A DNA stretch of 64,000 nucleotides from Candidatus Hydrogenedentales bacterium (GCA_041859045.1 JBHELB010000039.1:9958-73957); one strand, 5' to 3'. Positions 10,148-20,763 are shown, numbered from the stretch's first letter. A program made the numbers and translations. Notes: generated by a model not told the origin, from the letters alone.

Positions 10148-10936
10148 ATGAGCGCGGGACGCAAACATAAGGGCGAAGAAGCCCACGAAAACGAGGAGCG
10201 GTGGCTGCTCACGTACGCTGACCTTATTACGCTGCTCATGGTGTTTTTCGTGGTGTTGTACGCGATGTCGCGTGTGGATTCGACCAAGTTTCAGTCGCTC
10301 ATTTTTGCGATGCGCGAGGCCTTCAACAATATGCCGACGACGCCGGTGCCGACGCAAGATCGCGGCGGTCTCGAAGCGGGTCAGGCGCGCACGTTTCCAA
10401 ATCGTCCAGGAAATCCGCCCTTGAGCGCGAATCCGGTTCAGGACAGGCTCAAGCAAAATGAAGCGGAGAAGCGCGCGGAGGAGCGAACCAAGCTGAAGGA
10501 GCGCATTGAGCAACTTGTGGCCGAACGCAACCTCAGCAAGGTGGTCAATGTCTCCGAGCGGCCTGGCAATGGGAATTTGGTGGTTCGTCTTTCCGACTCG
10601 CTGCTTTTTGAGCCGGGCAGCAGCATAGTATCAGAGAGTTCGAGACCTTTGTTGGATAGTCTGACGGACGTGCTGAGAGATACCGGAAAGTTTGTGCGCA
10701 TTGAGGGACACACGGACAACATTCCCATCAGCACCGCGCGGTATCAATCGAACTGGCAGCTTTCGACGGACCGCTCCACGAGCGTGTTGATGTACATGCA
10801 GAGACGCGGCATCGGGCCGAGTATGCTCAGCGCGAGCGGCTACGGCGAGTATCGGCCCATCGCGCCCAACGATACGCCCGAGAGCCGCGCGCAGAACCGC
10901 CGCGTCGAGTTCGTTATTCTAGAGACTCCAGACTGA
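10148..10936 (+). CDS. motB: flagellar motor protein MotB (OmpA-like C-terminal domain)
   Basis: N-terminal TM plug region LLTYADLITLLMVFFVVLYAMS; C-terminal OmpA motif NRRVEFVILE. Confidence 0.8.
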   Translation: MSAGRKHKGEEAHENEERWLLTYADLITLLMVFFVVLYAMSRVDSTKFQSLIFAMREAFNNMPTTPVPTQDRGGLEAGQARTFPNRPGNPPLSANPVQDRLKQNEAEKRAEERTKLKERIEQLVAERNLSKVVNVSERPGNGNLVVRLSDSLLFEPGSSIVSESSRPLLDSLTDVLRDTGKFVRIEGHTDNIPISTARYQSNWQLSTDRSTSVLMYMQRRGIGPSMLSASGYGEYRPIAPNDTPESRAQNRRVEFVILETPD

Positions 10937-10980
10937 CCTGTCGTTCACGTTCGTTTCGCGACCGCCCGAAAGGAACACCC

Positions 10981-12228
10981 ATGCAAACACTCAGGCTTGG
11001 CTTCATTGGCGCGGGCTTCATTGCGAAATTTCAGGCACAAGCGTTGCGGTCCGTGCGCGGTTTTGATCTGGCCGCGGTGCACGCGCTGCGCGGAGCGGAG
11101 GAACTGGCCGATTTCGCGCGGCGCAACGGCCTCGGGGAACCGCTAGTCTGCCCGAGCGTGGCGGAGTTGTGCAACCGGGTCGATGTCGTGGCCGTGTTCG
11201 CGCCCAATTACGTGCGAGTGGAACTCGTGGGGCAAGTGGCGGACGCTGTGCGCGCCGGCGCAGCGCTCAAGGGCATCATCTGCGAAAAGCCGCTGGGCCG
11301 GACCGTGGCGGAAGCACGCGAACTGGTGCGGCTCGCGGAGCAAATGGGCATTCCCACGGCGTACTTTGAGAATCAACTGCACATGAAGGCCGTGCGCGCG
11401 CCGTTGGCACAGCTCGAACAGGTGCAACGCGCGATGGGGCCGATGACGTTGGCGCGTAGCGCCGAGGAACACGCCGGTCCACACGAGGGATGGTTCTGGG
11501 ATCCCACGCGGCAGGGCGGCGGTGTGCTCAGCGACATGGGGTGTCACAGCATCGCGTGCGATTGGATGGTGTTGACGCCGCTCGGCAAACCGCTGACTTT
11601 TCTGAAGCCGGTGGCGGTGAATGCCGAGGTCGCGTTGTTGAAGTGGGGCGAGGCGGCATACCGGCGCGATCTGCTGGCGCGTATGAACGTTGATTACGCG
11701 AAGACACCGGGCGAGGATTTTGCGACGGGGATGGTCACGTTTCTGAACCCCGGGACCGGGCAGCGCGTGAAAGGACAGTTCACGAACTCGTGGATGTACG
11801 ACAAGCAGGGGCTGCGGTTGTCTATGGAAGGCCTTGGGCCAGGATACGCGTTTGAGGTGAACTCGCTGCGGTCTCCGGTGGAAATCTTCATTGGCGACCA
11901 AGCGGCGGAGGCCGCCGCCAACGCCGAGCTGGCGCTGGAGAAGGCGACGGCCTCGCGTGGACTGCTGGCGGTGGAGACGAACGAGGCCGATCTCTACGGC
12001 TATGTGGACGAGCTGATTGATGCGCGGCAAGCGTTTCTAGAGGGGCGCGATGCGCTGGCGAACTGGGCGTATGGCCTCGAGATCACCAAGTTGTGCCAGG
12101 CGGCGTATCTCTCCGCGGAGCAAGGGCGGACGATTGACCTCACCGACCCGGCGATGCAAAAGACGCTTGAGACGTATGTTTCGCTGATAGCCCAGGGGCG
12201 CGGGGCAGAGCAACTGCATGTCCGCTGA
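10981..12228 (+). CDS. Gfo/Idh/MocA family oxidoreductase
   Basis: N-terminal Rossmann motif GFIGAGFIAKFQ; typical length. Confidence 0.8.
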   Translation: MQTLRLGFIGAGFIAKFQAQALRSVRGFDLAAVHALRGAEELADFARRNGLGEPLVCPSVAELCNRVDVVAVFAPNYVRVELVGQVADAVRAGAALKGIICEKPLGRTVAEARELVRLAEQMGIPTAYFENQLHMKAVRAPLAQLEQVQRAMGPMTLARSAEEHAGPHEGWFWDPTRQGGGVLSDMGCHSIACDWMVLTPLGKPLTFLKPVAVNAEVALLKWGEAAYRRDLLARMNVDYAKTPGEDFATGMVTFLNPGTGQRVKGQFTNSWMYDKQGLRLSMEGLGPGYAFEVNSLRSPVEIFIGDQAAEAAANAELALEKATASRGLLAVETNEADLYGYVDELIDARQAFLEGRDALANWAYGLEITKLCQAAYLSAEQGRTIDLTDPAMQKTLETYVSLIAQGRGAEQLHVR

Positions 12229-12254
12229 CCGCGCGGCGATGGGAATCTAACGGC

Positions 12255-14114
12255 ATGTGTGGAATCTGCGGCATTGTCGATCCGGAGGGCGTCCCACCGT
12301 CGCGCCTTGAGGCGATGAATGCGGCGCTGGTTCACCGCGGGCCGGATGACCACGGCGCTTGGATCGGCGCGGGCGCGGGGCTTGCCATGCGGCGGTTGAG
12401 TATTATCGACCTCGCGGGCGGTCGTCAGCCGATGAGCAGCGACGACGGGCGTGTCGTCGTGGTGTTCAACGGCGAGATCTACAACTTTCGCGAGCTGCGC
12501 GCTGAACTCGAAGCGCTCGATCATTTCTTTCGCACGCAGAGCGACACCGAAGTCGTTCTGCGCGGCTACGAGGCCTGGGGCGACGGCGTGCTTACGCGGC
12601 TCAACGGCATGTTCGCCATTGCCATTTACGACCAGCGCGACGAGCGTCTTATGCTCGCGCGCGATCGTGCGGGCATCAAGCCGCTGTTTTACGCGCATGA
12701 CGGCGATACGCTGGTGTTCGCGTCGGAACTGGGCGCATTGCTGCAAGGGGGCGTCAAGCCGGGGCCGCTGAATGCGGGCGCGCTCGATGCGTATTTCACG
12801 TTTCTCTACATCCCTGCCCCGGACACCATCTATGCGAATATTCTGAAACTGTTGCCCGCGGAGAAATTGGTGTTTCGGCGCGGACGGCTCACGCGGGAGC
12901 GGTATTGGCAGCCGCGTTATCAAGCGGACTCGAGTTGGACGCTCGACAGCGCATCGGAGCGGTTTCTTGAGTTACTCGACGATTCCGTGCGGCTTCAGCG
13001 CGTGGCCGATGTGCCGCTCGGGGCGTTTCTGAGCGGCGGACTCGATTCCTCGGCGGTCGTGTCGAGCTTGTGTCGCGTGTCGGATCGGGTGAAGACGTTC
13101 ACGATCGGCTTCGACGATGCTCAGGCCGACGAATTGAAGTTTGCGCGTATTGCCGCACGGCATTTCGGCACCGAGCATACCGAGGAGATGTTGCGGCCGG
13201 ATCTCGTTTCGTTGACGCCGCGCATCGCATCGCATTTCGGCGAGCCCTTTGCCGATTCCTCGGCGCTGCCGACGTGGATCGTGTCGGAGATCGCCCGGCG
13301 ACACGTGACGGTCGCGCTGTCTGGCGACGGCGGCGACGAACTGTTTGCCGGGTACACTTGGACACGCATGGCGCTGGCCGTCAATCGGTACCGGTCGCGG
13401 GTGAACGAGGACTTGCGCAATGCCGCGCGCACGATCCTCGCGGGACTTCCGGCGTCGCCGTGGTTTAACAAAGTTCGGCGCTTCAACGACGACAGCTTTC
13501 TCGAGCCGCAGGACGTGTTCCGACGACGGCAAACGTGTTTTGACGCGGCGCAACGGTCCGCATTGTATCAGCGGCCTCTTGCGGCGGCGGTGATGGGCGA
13601 CGCGACGAATCGTTTTGCGGCGCATGCGCGGGCCGCGCGGGCGCTCAGCTTGGGCGACGGCATGCTGTACCACGATTTCATGATGTATCTTCCCGACGAC
13701 ATTCTCACCAAGGTTGACCGCATGAGCATGGCGCACTCGCTGGAGGCGCGTGTGCCGTTGCTCGATCACCGCCTGATCGAGTTCGCGGCGACGGTGCCGT
13801 TTGCGATGAAGCTTCGCGGGCGCACCAGCAAGTACATCATGAAACATGCGCTGCGTGCGCGTTTGCCGAAGGCGCTGTTGCGCCAACGGAAGCAGGGATT
13901 TGCGATTCCCATACACCGTTGGTTTCGCGAGGAACTGCGGGATCATTTTCAGGACGTCGTGCTCTCGCCCGGGGCGCATTGTGTGGAGGTCTTGCGGGCG
14001 GACGCCGTGCGCGCGATCTTTGATGCCCATATTTCACGCAGGGAGAACTACGGCCATCATCTTTGGGCGTTGTTGATGTTTGAGCACTGGTCGCGGCAGA
14101 AGCCGGCCAGATGA
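12255..14114 (+). CDS. asnB: asparagine synthase (glutamine-hydrolysing)
   Basis: MCGICGI N-terminal nucleophile; SGGLDSS PP-loop. Confidence 0.9.
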   Translation: MCGICGIVDPEGVPPSRLEAMNAALVHRGPDDHGAWIGAGAGLAMRRLSIIDLAGGRQPMSSDDGRVVVVFNGEIYNFRELRAELEALDHFFRTQSDTEVVLRGYEAWGDGVLTRLNGMFAIAIYDQRDERLMLARDRAGIKPLFYAHDGDTLVFASELGALLQGGVKPGPLNAGALDAYFTFLYIPAPDTIYANILKLLPAEKLVFRRGRLTRERYWQPRYQADSSWTLDSASERFLELLDDSVRLQRVADVPLGAFLSGGLDSSAVVSSLCRVSDRVKTFTIGFDDAQADELKFARIAARHFGTEHTEEMLRPDLVSLTPRIASHFGEPFADSSALPTWIVSEIARRHVTVALSGDGGDELFAGYTWTRMALAVNRYRSRVNEDLRNAARTILAGLPASPWFNKVRRFNDDSFLEPQDVFRRRQTCFDAAQRSALYQRPLAAAVMGDATNRFAAHARAARALSLGDGMLYHDFMMYLPDDILTKVDRMSMAHSLEARVPLLDHRLIEFAATVPFAMKLRGRTSKYIMKHALRARLPKALLRQRKQGFAIPIHRWFREELRDHFQDVVLSPGAHCVEVLRADAVRAIFDAHISRRENYGHHLWALLMFEHWSRQKPAR

Positions 14115-14171
14115 GCCGAACCCGGGCGCGTGCTACACTGTTGTGCGTCGTTACTCAGGAGGAAATGCGCG

Positions 14172-15125
14172 ATGCGTATGCGGTATTTGGGAAAGACTGG
14201 GGTGAGCGTTTCCGAGATTTGTTTGGGAACGATGACGTTTGGCAACGAAGCGGACGAAGCGACGTCGGCGGGGCTGATGGACCATGCATTCCAGGCGGGT
14301 GTGAACTTTTTTGACACGGCGAATATTTACAACGGCGGCCGCTCGGAGGAGATCGTGGGGCGGTGGCTGAAGGGACGCCGCGAGGCGATTGTGCTCGCGA
14401 CGAAGTGCCATTTCCCCACGGGCGACGGCCCGAACGAGCGTGGCAGCTCGCGCCGGAACATTCTGCTTTCGGTGGAGAAGAGTTTGGCGCGGCTCGGAAC
14501 GGACTGGATCGATCTGCTGTACCTTCACCATTGGGACTCCAACACGGCGATTGAAGAGTCGTTGGCGGCCGTGGACGCCTTGGTGCGTCAGGGGAAAGTG
14601 CTGTATGCGGCGGCATCGAATTTCGCGGCGTGGCAAGTGATGAAGGCGGCGGGTATTGCTGAGCGGCGCGGTTTCGGGCCGATTACGGCGATACAGCCCA
14701 TGTACAACTTGCTCAAACGCCAGGCGGAGGTTGAGATTTTGCCGATGGCACAGAGCGAGGGAATCGCGGTGTGTCCGTATAACCCGATGGCGGCGGGAAT
14801 GCTGACGGGCAAGTATCTGCGCGGCGAGCAGGGACGGCTCGATGTCAATCAGGTGTACAAGAAGCGCTACGGCGCGGAGCATTACCCGGAGGTGAGCCGG
14901 GACTTCGTTGTGTATGCCCAGGAACGCGGGGTGTCCCCGGCGGCGTTGGCGGTCGCGTGGGTGGCGTCGCATCCGGCTGTTACGAGCGCGATCATCGGGG
15001 CGCGTAATCTGGATCAGCTTCGCGACACCTTGGGGTGCGCCGCGATAGCGCTTACGGCGGAGGAACGTGCGGAAATCTCAGCGCTGTCGCCCGCACCGCC
15101 CTTGGCTACCGACCGCGAGGGGTGA
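14172..15125 (+). CDS. aldo/keto reductase
   Basis: Starts MRMRYLGKTGVSVSEICLGTMTFG with RBS aggagg 10 nt upstream; AKR family motifs. Confidence 0.85.
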   Translation: MRMRYLGKTGVSVSEICLGTMTFGNEADEATSAGLMDHAFQAGVNFFDTANIYNGGRSEEIVGRWLKGRREAIVLATKCHFPTGDGPNERGSSRRNILLSVEKSLARLGTDWIDLLYLHHWDSNTAIEESLAAVDALVRQGKVLYAAASNFAAWQVMKAAGIAERRGFGPITAIQPMYNLLKRQAEVEILPMAQSEGIAVCPYNPMAAGMLTGKYLRGEQGRLDVNQVYKKRYGAEHYPEVSRDFVVYAQERGVSPAALAVAWVASHPAVTSAIIGARNLDQLRDTLGCAAIALTAEERAEISALSPAPPLATDREG

Positions 15126-15180
15126 TGAGAGTGGACGGGCTGCGGCGCTTTACTAGGCGCCTGAGAGGAGGAATGGGTTC

Positions 15181-16308
15181 ATGCGTAACTACGGCGTAGT
15201 CTCTGTCGCGTTAGGGGCGGTTTTGTTTTTGTCGGCGTGTGCAACGCGCGCCTATGACCCTGCCATGCTCCGCGGCGCCAAGGCGCCGGTATGGTCGCTC
15301 AAGACTCCGCCGGGCGGGATGAGTGTGGCGCTATCCCCGGCGGGCAGCACGTTGCGGCTGGCGGGGAGTTACGGCATGGCGATCGGCGTGAGCGTGAACG
15401 CCGTGGTGAACGATCGTCACCGCAAGGCGGTGGAAGCCGCGCTGCAGGACTACGATACGACGGCGGCGCTTGAGCAGGGACTGCGAGACGAGTTGCAGCG
15501 CGTGCTGGGTGCGTCGTTGCGGCAGGGCGCGCCTTTGACGACGACGGCGGGGTTCAACACGGAGCGCGACGCCGAAGCGGCGCGGAGGATGGGACTGGCG
15601 CGGAACGGCGGCGATCTGCTGCTGGACCTGAAAGCCGCATACGGATTGTTTGGCCCGGAGGCGCTGTTAGCGGCGAAAATGGAAGGCAAACTCGTGACGT
15701 TGCCGGAGGGACAATCGCTGTGGACATCGGATTTCCTGGTTACGCGCGGCGCGTTGTACGCGAATGACGATTTGAAGGATCCGACGAAGACGATGAAGAC
15801 CGATTTCGACGAGCTGCGGCTATCGGTGGATGAGGAAGCGGTCGCGGCGTGGACTGCGAACGGCGGTGAGCAATTCAAGAGCGCTTACGGCGAACTCACG
15901 AAGGACGTGGCGGCGGCGCTATTGTGCGCGTTGGGTTTGGAGGACAGCGCACGCGGGCGGTATGTGCTGGGGGTGAACGCGATTCGGCAGAAGGAATATG
16001 AAGAGGCCGAGACGCATCTGGCGCGTGCCATCGAACTCGAGCCCGGTTTCGTGGAGGCCCAGAACGCTCGCGCGGTGAATGCGGCCCGTAGCGGCAACCG
16101 CGCCAGTGCGCTGGAGATCGCGACTGGACTCACGAAATCCGCACCTGAAGCGCCTGCGCCGTGGTTCAATGCTGCGTGGTGGTTGGCGGAGGAGGGGAAG
16201 GCTTCGGAGGCGCAAGGATACTACGACAAGGCCCTGAGTCTTGGGGCTCCGAAGAGTTCCAGCCTGGAGAAACTCATCAGCAAGGCGGAGAAAGAGCGCA
16301 CGAACTAG
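15181..16308 (+). CDS. hypothetical lipoprotein with C-terminal TPR-like region
   Basis: Signal peptide plus LSAC lipobox; C-terminal TPR-like repeats. Confidence 0.55.
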   Translation: MRNYGVVSVALGAVLFLSACATRAYDPAMLRGAKAPVWSLKTPPGGMSVALSPAGSTLRLAGSYGMAIGVSVNAVVNDRHRKAVEAALQDYDTTAALEQGLRDELQRVLGASLRQGAPLTTTAGFNTERDAEAARRMGLARNGGDLLLDLKAAYGLFGPEALLAAKMEGKLVTLPEGQSLWTSDFLVTRGALYANDDLKDPTKTMKTDFDELRLSVDEEAVAAWTANGGEQFKSAYGELTKDVAAALLCALGLEDSARGRYVLGVNAIRQKEYEEAETHLARAIELEPGFVEAQNARAVNAARSGNRASALEIATGLTKSAPEAPAPWFNAAWWLAEEGKASEAQGYYDKALSLGAPKSSSLEKLISKAEKERTN

Positions 16309-16325
16309 GGGCTACAATCACTCCG

Positions 16326-17027
16326 ATGGACAGCGGCGTACTTATCATCATGCCGGCGTACAACGAGGGGGCCCGGATTGCCGAAGTGGTCAAGGGGGTC
16401 CGCGCGGCGGCTCCGCATGCCGTGTTGGTGATCGACGACGGTTCGAGCGACGACACGGCGGAGCAGGCGCGCGGGGCGGGAGCGGTGGTGGTCTCGCTGC
16501 CGTTCAATATGGGCTATGGCGTGTCGTTGCAGACCGGCTATAAGTACGCGGCGGAGCATGGCTGCGACTATCTTGTGCAGCTCGATGCGGACGGCCAGCA
16601 CGATCCGGCGGGGATTGCGGTGCTGCTCGAGCGCGTACGCGAAGGGCGCTGCGATGTGTGTATCGGGTCGCGGTTTCTCGAGGGTCAACCGTACTCCATT
16701 CCTTTTGCACGGCGAATCGGGATGATCCTATTCCGGCGTATTGCGTCGTTTCTCATCGGCGCGACGATCACCGATCCCACAAGCGGATTCCAGGCGATGA
16801 ACCGGCGCGTCATCGAGTTTTTCTGCCGCGACCATTACCCCGTGGACTATCCCGACACTGACGTTATTGTGGCGTTGCATCATCACGGCTTTCGTGTGGC
16901 CGAGGCGCCGGTGGTCATGCATGCGAATCCCACGGGAAAATCGATCCATGCGGGATTACGGCCCGTGTATTATCTATTCAAGATGGCGCTGGCCATCCCG
17001 ATGAACCTGCTGCGCAAGGAGGGCTGA
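16326..17027 (+). CDS. family 2 glycosyltransferase (dolichyl-phosphate mannosyltransferase-like)
   Basis: Start at MDSGVLIIMPAYNEG (internal Met of ORF 16161); GT2 motifs PAYNE, DDGSSD, DAD. Confidence 0.8.
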   Translation: MDSGVLIIMPAYNEGARIAEVVKGVRAAAPHAVLVIDDGSSDDTAEQARGAGAVVVSLPFNMGYGVSLQTGYKYAAEHGCDYLVQLDADGQHDPAGIAVLLERVREGRCDVCIGSRFLEGQPYSIPFARRIGMILFRRIASFLIGATITDPTSGFQAMNRRVIEFFCRDHYPVDYPDTDVIVALHHHGFRVAEAPVVMHANPTGKSIHAGLRPVYYLFKMALAIPMNLLRKEG

Positions 17028-17030
17028 GGC

Positions 17031-17390
17031 ATGGACGTTCGCCAGAAGATACTGGCCGCGGTGTGTGGCATCGGGCTGTTGCTTGTGATTCTCGAACTGG
17101 TGCGCCGTCGCAAGTTGCGCGAGGACTACGCCTGGATGTGGTTGCTGGCGGGCGTGGTGATCGCGGTGGTCGGGCTCAACTACAACCTGCTGCTGTGGGT
17201 CACCCGGTTCATCGGCGCGGGATTTACGTCATCGACACTGTTTTTCTTTGGACTGTTCTTTCTGCTCGCGCTGTGTCTGCAATTCAGCGTGAAAATCTCC
17301 AAGCTCGAAACCCAAGTCAAGAACCTGACCCAGCGCCTCGCCTTGCAGGACTCCCGCATGCCCCGCGCGGACGACGATAAGCGCGGGTAA
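17031..17390 (+). CDS. DUF2304 family small membrane protein
   Basis: Small 3-TM protein immediately after the GT2 gene, as typical for DUF2304. Confidence 0.55.
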   Translation: MDVRQKILAAVCGIGLLLVILELVRRRKLREDYAWMWLLAGVVIAVVGLNYNLLLWVTRFIGAGFTSSTLFFFGLFFLLALCLQFSVKISKLETQVKNLTQRLALQDSRMPRADDDKRG

Positions 17391-17393
17391 CGC

Positions 17394-18224
17394 ATGTGGG
17401 TCACGGCGATACTACTGGCGTTTGCTGCGGCGGACGCCGCGCCACGTTTTGAGCCGATAGAAACGATCGCCGAGGGGTTTCGTGTGGCCGAGGGGCCGGT
17501 CTGGCGCGAAGGAGTGGGCCTGCTGTACTCCGATGTCCTGGACAATACCATTTACCGTGCGCCGCGCGAGGTCTATCGCCAGCCCAGTCAGGAGACCAAT
17601 GGACTGGCGTTCGATCGCGAGGGACGGCTCGTTGCCTGCGAACACGCCGCGCGCCGCGTGACGCGCACGGAGAACAACGGCGCACAGACAGTGATTGCGG
17701 AACAGTATCAGGGGAAACGCTTCAACAGTCCCAACGACGTGGCGATCCGTTCGGACGGACTCATTTACTTCACAGACCCACCGTATGGCGTCGCTCCTGC
17801 CGATAGGGAGCTTTCTTTTTCGGGGGTGTATGCGGTGCGGCCCGGAGAGCCTGCGCGGCTCGTGGCGCGGCGCGGGTTCACACACCCCAACGGGGTGACC
17901 CTGAGCCCGGACGAGCGTTATGCGTATGTTAGCGACTCCGAACAAGGATTTGTGCGGCGCTACCGTGTGAAAGCGGATGGCGCGTTGACGCGCGGACGCA
18001 CGTTCTGCCGCGTTCCGACGCCGGACGGGATGAAGACAGACCCTGCCGGTCGGTTGTGGATTGCGGCGCGGGACGGCGTGCGCGTGTACAGCCCAGGCGG
18101 GGCGCTGCTCACGACGCTACGCGTGCCCGGTCAGCCCACGAACTGCGTGCTTGGAGGCGCGAACGGGCGTACGCTTTACGTCACCACGTTCACCGCGGTC
18201 TACCGTGTGGAATGGACGGATTAG
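17394..18224 (+). CDS. SMP-30/gluconolactonase/LRE family protein
   Basis: Six-bladed propeller family motifs (EGPVW, NGLAFD, FNSPNDV, TDP, NGV). Confidence 0.7.
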   Translation: MWVTAILLAFAAADAAPRFEPIETIAEGFRVAEGPVWREGVGLLYSDVLDNTIYRAPREVYRQPSQETNGLAFDREGRLVACEHAARRVTRTENNGAQTVIAEQYQGKRFNSPNDVAIRSDGLIYFTDPPYGVAPADRELSFSGVYAVRPGEPARLVARRGFTHPNGVTLSPDERYAYVSDSEQGFVRRYRVKADGALTRGRTFCRVPTPDGMKTDPAGRLWIAARDGVRVYSPGGALLTTLRVPGQPTNCVLGGANGRTLYVTTFTAVYRVEWTD

Positions 18225-18835
18225 GCGTCGAGGAATCCTGCCCTGCGCCGGAGTTCGGTCATGTCGAACGCGGGGCCGGGGTCGATCTTGCGGCCGGGGG
18301 CGATGTCGCGGTGGCCGACGATCTCCGTGAGCGGGTACGCATCGCGCAACGCCTGGCAAACCGCAGCGCAGGAGTCGAATTGCGCCGCAGGAAACGCTTC
18401 CCACCAGGATTGGGAACCGCTGGGGTGCGTGGTACAGAGGAGTCCGCGTTCGCGAGGCAATTCGACGCCGGTTGACGTAATCAAATTCCCTGAGGATAGC
18501 GGCAGGCACGGCCCGTAGTTGGCGAGTTCGATGCCGATGCTAAAGTGGTTGAGGTCGGTGCGTCCTTTCCACGCGCTGCGCCCGGCGTGAAACGCACGAC
18601 GGTTGAACGGCACAAGCTGCGTGACGGCGCCGTCGCGATCGATGACCAAATGCGCGGACAAATAGTTCTCGTCCTTCGCGCACAGCCACTCGATGCTGCC
18701 TCGGGCCGAGCCGCCGCCGGTGTAGTGAATCACGATGAGGTCCGGCGCGATCTCGCCGCCGTGGTCGGGACTCGGAACAAAACGCACGTCAACTAACCGA
18801 TGCGTTTGCCGATCTACTGCTGAAAGGGTTGTCAT
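18221..18835 (-). CDS. N-acetylmuramoyl-L-alanine amidase (amidase_2, AmpD-like)
   Basis: IVIHYTGG and HAGRSAWKGRTDLNHFSIGIELANYG motifs; start at MTTLSAV. Confidence 0.7.
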   Translation of the reverse strand: MTTLSAVDRQTHRLVDVRFVPSPDHGGEIAPDLIVIHYTGGGSARGSIEWLCAKDENYLSAHLVIDRDGAVTQLVPFNRRAFHAGRSAWKGRTDLNHFSIGIELANYGPCLPLSSGNLITSTGVELPRERGLLCTTHPSGSQSWWEAFPAAQFDSCAAVCQALRDAYPLTEIVGHRDIAPGRKIDPGPAFDMTELRRRAGFLDA

Positions 18836-18910
18836 TTTCTGCTCTCCGCCGCTGCCCATCGTCTCTATACGAGAGACCGGCGCGTTGCAGCGGAGGCGTA
18901 GCGGAAGGCG

Positions 18911-19345
18911 CTACGAGATTGTGCGGGCGATGGTGCCGAGGTAATCGACGAACATGGCGAATTCCATGTTCTGACTAAACGTCTCGGCGAGTTGAAGGGC
19001 GACGAGGCTGCGGCTGTCTTCCAGGCTTCTGACGCGGATGACGCGGGCATCGCCCGTGAAGGATTCGGGGAGGAAGAGGTCCGACGGGCATGGGCCCGTC
19101 GGGAGAATCAGCGAGACAACCATGCCGGGGGTGAGACGATGTTTGGTGAGTGCCCAAATGCCAGTGGTGGAAATGTCCTGGACGATGGCCGGGCCGATGA
19201 GGTGTTGACGCGTGCCGGGGATTTCCACGGAAAGCGTCGCCTTGAGTAAGAAGCGGTGGCGCTTGGCACGGCGTCGCTCATGATTCCGCTCGAAGGGATC
19301 ATCCCATGCGGCATCGACGTCGTATCTACGCAGTGCGGTACTCAT
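18911..19345 (-). CDS. PilZ domain protein
   Basis: RRxxR and D-I-S-T-T-G c-di-GMP binding motifs. Confidence 0.7.
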   Translation of the reverse strand: MSTALRRYDVDAAWDDPFERNHERRRAKRHRFLLKATLSVEIPGTRQHLIGPAIVQDISTTGIWALTKHRLTPGMVVSLILPTGPCPSDLFLPESFTGDARVIRVRSLEDSRSLVALQLAETFSQNMEFAMFVDYLGTIARTIS

Positions 19346-19621
19346 CGTTTATGTGCCTGTGGACGGCACCCCCTGATTGTGAGGTCCCCAGGATCTCATT
19401 CATCCTTGGCATATAATACCAGACTACGCGGTATGTTTCAACAGAAATTTCTGCTTGCTCACTTTTAGTCTAATTATGGTCGTTTGGGTTTTGGTGGATG
19501 GTCCGGTTTCTGGGGGATTGTATTCCTGGATGAGCGGAGCGGCGCGTTGCGGTGACGGGGGAGAGGTGCTAGACTTTTTCGTGGCGGAGTGTCCCTGGAC
19601 TACGAAGGAAGGAGGCCTGGC

Positions 19622-20710
19622 ATGGCGGATCTCGACAAGTACCTGAAAATGATGGTCGATTTTGGGGCGTCGGACCTTCATTTTTGTACTGGGTGTAAAC
19701 CGATTTTCCGGAAGGATGGAAGCCTGACGGCGCTTCGGAACGAGGAAGTGCTGGATAGCGTGACGGCAAAACGAATGATCTATGAGATCACGCCTGCGGC
19801 GAATGAGAAGGAGTTTAATGAGGTCTGGGACTCGGATTTTGCATACGAGTTAGAGGGGGTGGGACGTTTTCGCTGCAACGCGTTCATGGACCACAAGGGG
19901 ATGGGGGCGGTGTTTCGCCTGATTCCGACCGACGTGTTGACGTGCGAGCAGCTCGGCTTGCCCGACGCGGTGAAGAAGTTTTGCACGTTGAACAAGGGGC
20001 TGGTGTTGGTGACGGGGCCGACGGGCAGCGGGAAGTCGACGACGCTGGCAGCGTTGCTGGACCAGATCAACGCGACGCGAAGCGACCACATCATCACGAT
20101 CGAGGATCCGATCGAGTTTGTGCATAAGAACAAGCGGTGTCTGGTGAATCAGCGCGAGGTGCACCGGCACACGAAGAGCTTTCGTGCGGCGCTGCGTGCG
20201 GCGCTACGTGAGGATCCGGACATCGTGCTGGTGGGCGAGATGCGCGACCTGGAGACGACGCATATTGCGATTGAGACGGCGGAAACGGGGCACCTGGTGT
20301 TTGGGACGTTGCACACGACCACGGCGATCTCGACGGTGGACCGCTTGGTGGATCAGTTCCCGCCGGAACAGCAGACCCAGATTCGCGTGATGTTGGCGTC
20401 GTCGTTGAAGGGCGTGGTGGCGCAGAATCTGTTGAAGAAAAAAGGCGGCGGGCGCGTGGGGGCGCTCGAAGTGTTGGTGGTGAATCAGGCAGTATCGGCG
20501 CTGATTCGCGACGGGAAGACGAGCCAGATCATGAGCATCATGCAGACCGCGAAGCGGGAAGGCATGACGCTGTTGAACGAAGAGTTGACGCGCTTCGTGA
20601 AAGAGGACGTGGTGGAGGCGGAAGAGGCATGGCGCAAGGCAGTGGATAAAGAAGATCTGCTGAAGCATTTTGAGTCGGCGGGGATTTCGTTCAAGGCGCC
20701 TGCGGAGTAA
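19622..20710 (+). CDS. pilT: type IV pilus twitching motility ATPase PilT
   Basis: Walker A GPTGSGKST; PilT family-wide conservation; start MADLDKYLKMM. Confidence 0.9.
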   Translation: MADLDKYLKMMVDFGASDLHFCTGCKPIFRKDGSLTALRNEEVLDSVTAKRMIYEITPAANEKEFNEVWDSDFAYELEGVGRFRCNAFMDHKGMGAVFRLIPTDVLTCEQLGLPDAVKKFCTLNKGLVLVTGPTGSGKSTTLAALLDQINATRSDHIITIEDPIEFVHKNKRCLVNQREVHRHTKSFRAALRAALREDPDIVLVGEMRDLETTHIAIETAETGHLVFGTLHTTTAISTVDRLVDQFPPEQQTQIRVMLASSLKGVVAQNLLKKKGGGRVGALEVLVVNQAVSALIRDGKTSQIMSIMQTAKREGMTLLNEELTRFVKEDVVEAEEAWRKAVDKEDLLKHFESAGISFKAPAE

Positions 20711-20763
20711 GGGGGAAGAACACGGACTGACACGGAGAGAGATAGAGAGAGACGAGGGTGATG

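Noticed and set aside
16161-16325. N-terminal 55 codons of ORF 16161
   Set aside because: G/V-rich and overlaps the upstream lipoprotein gene; GT2 homology starts at MDSGVLIIMPAYNEG.
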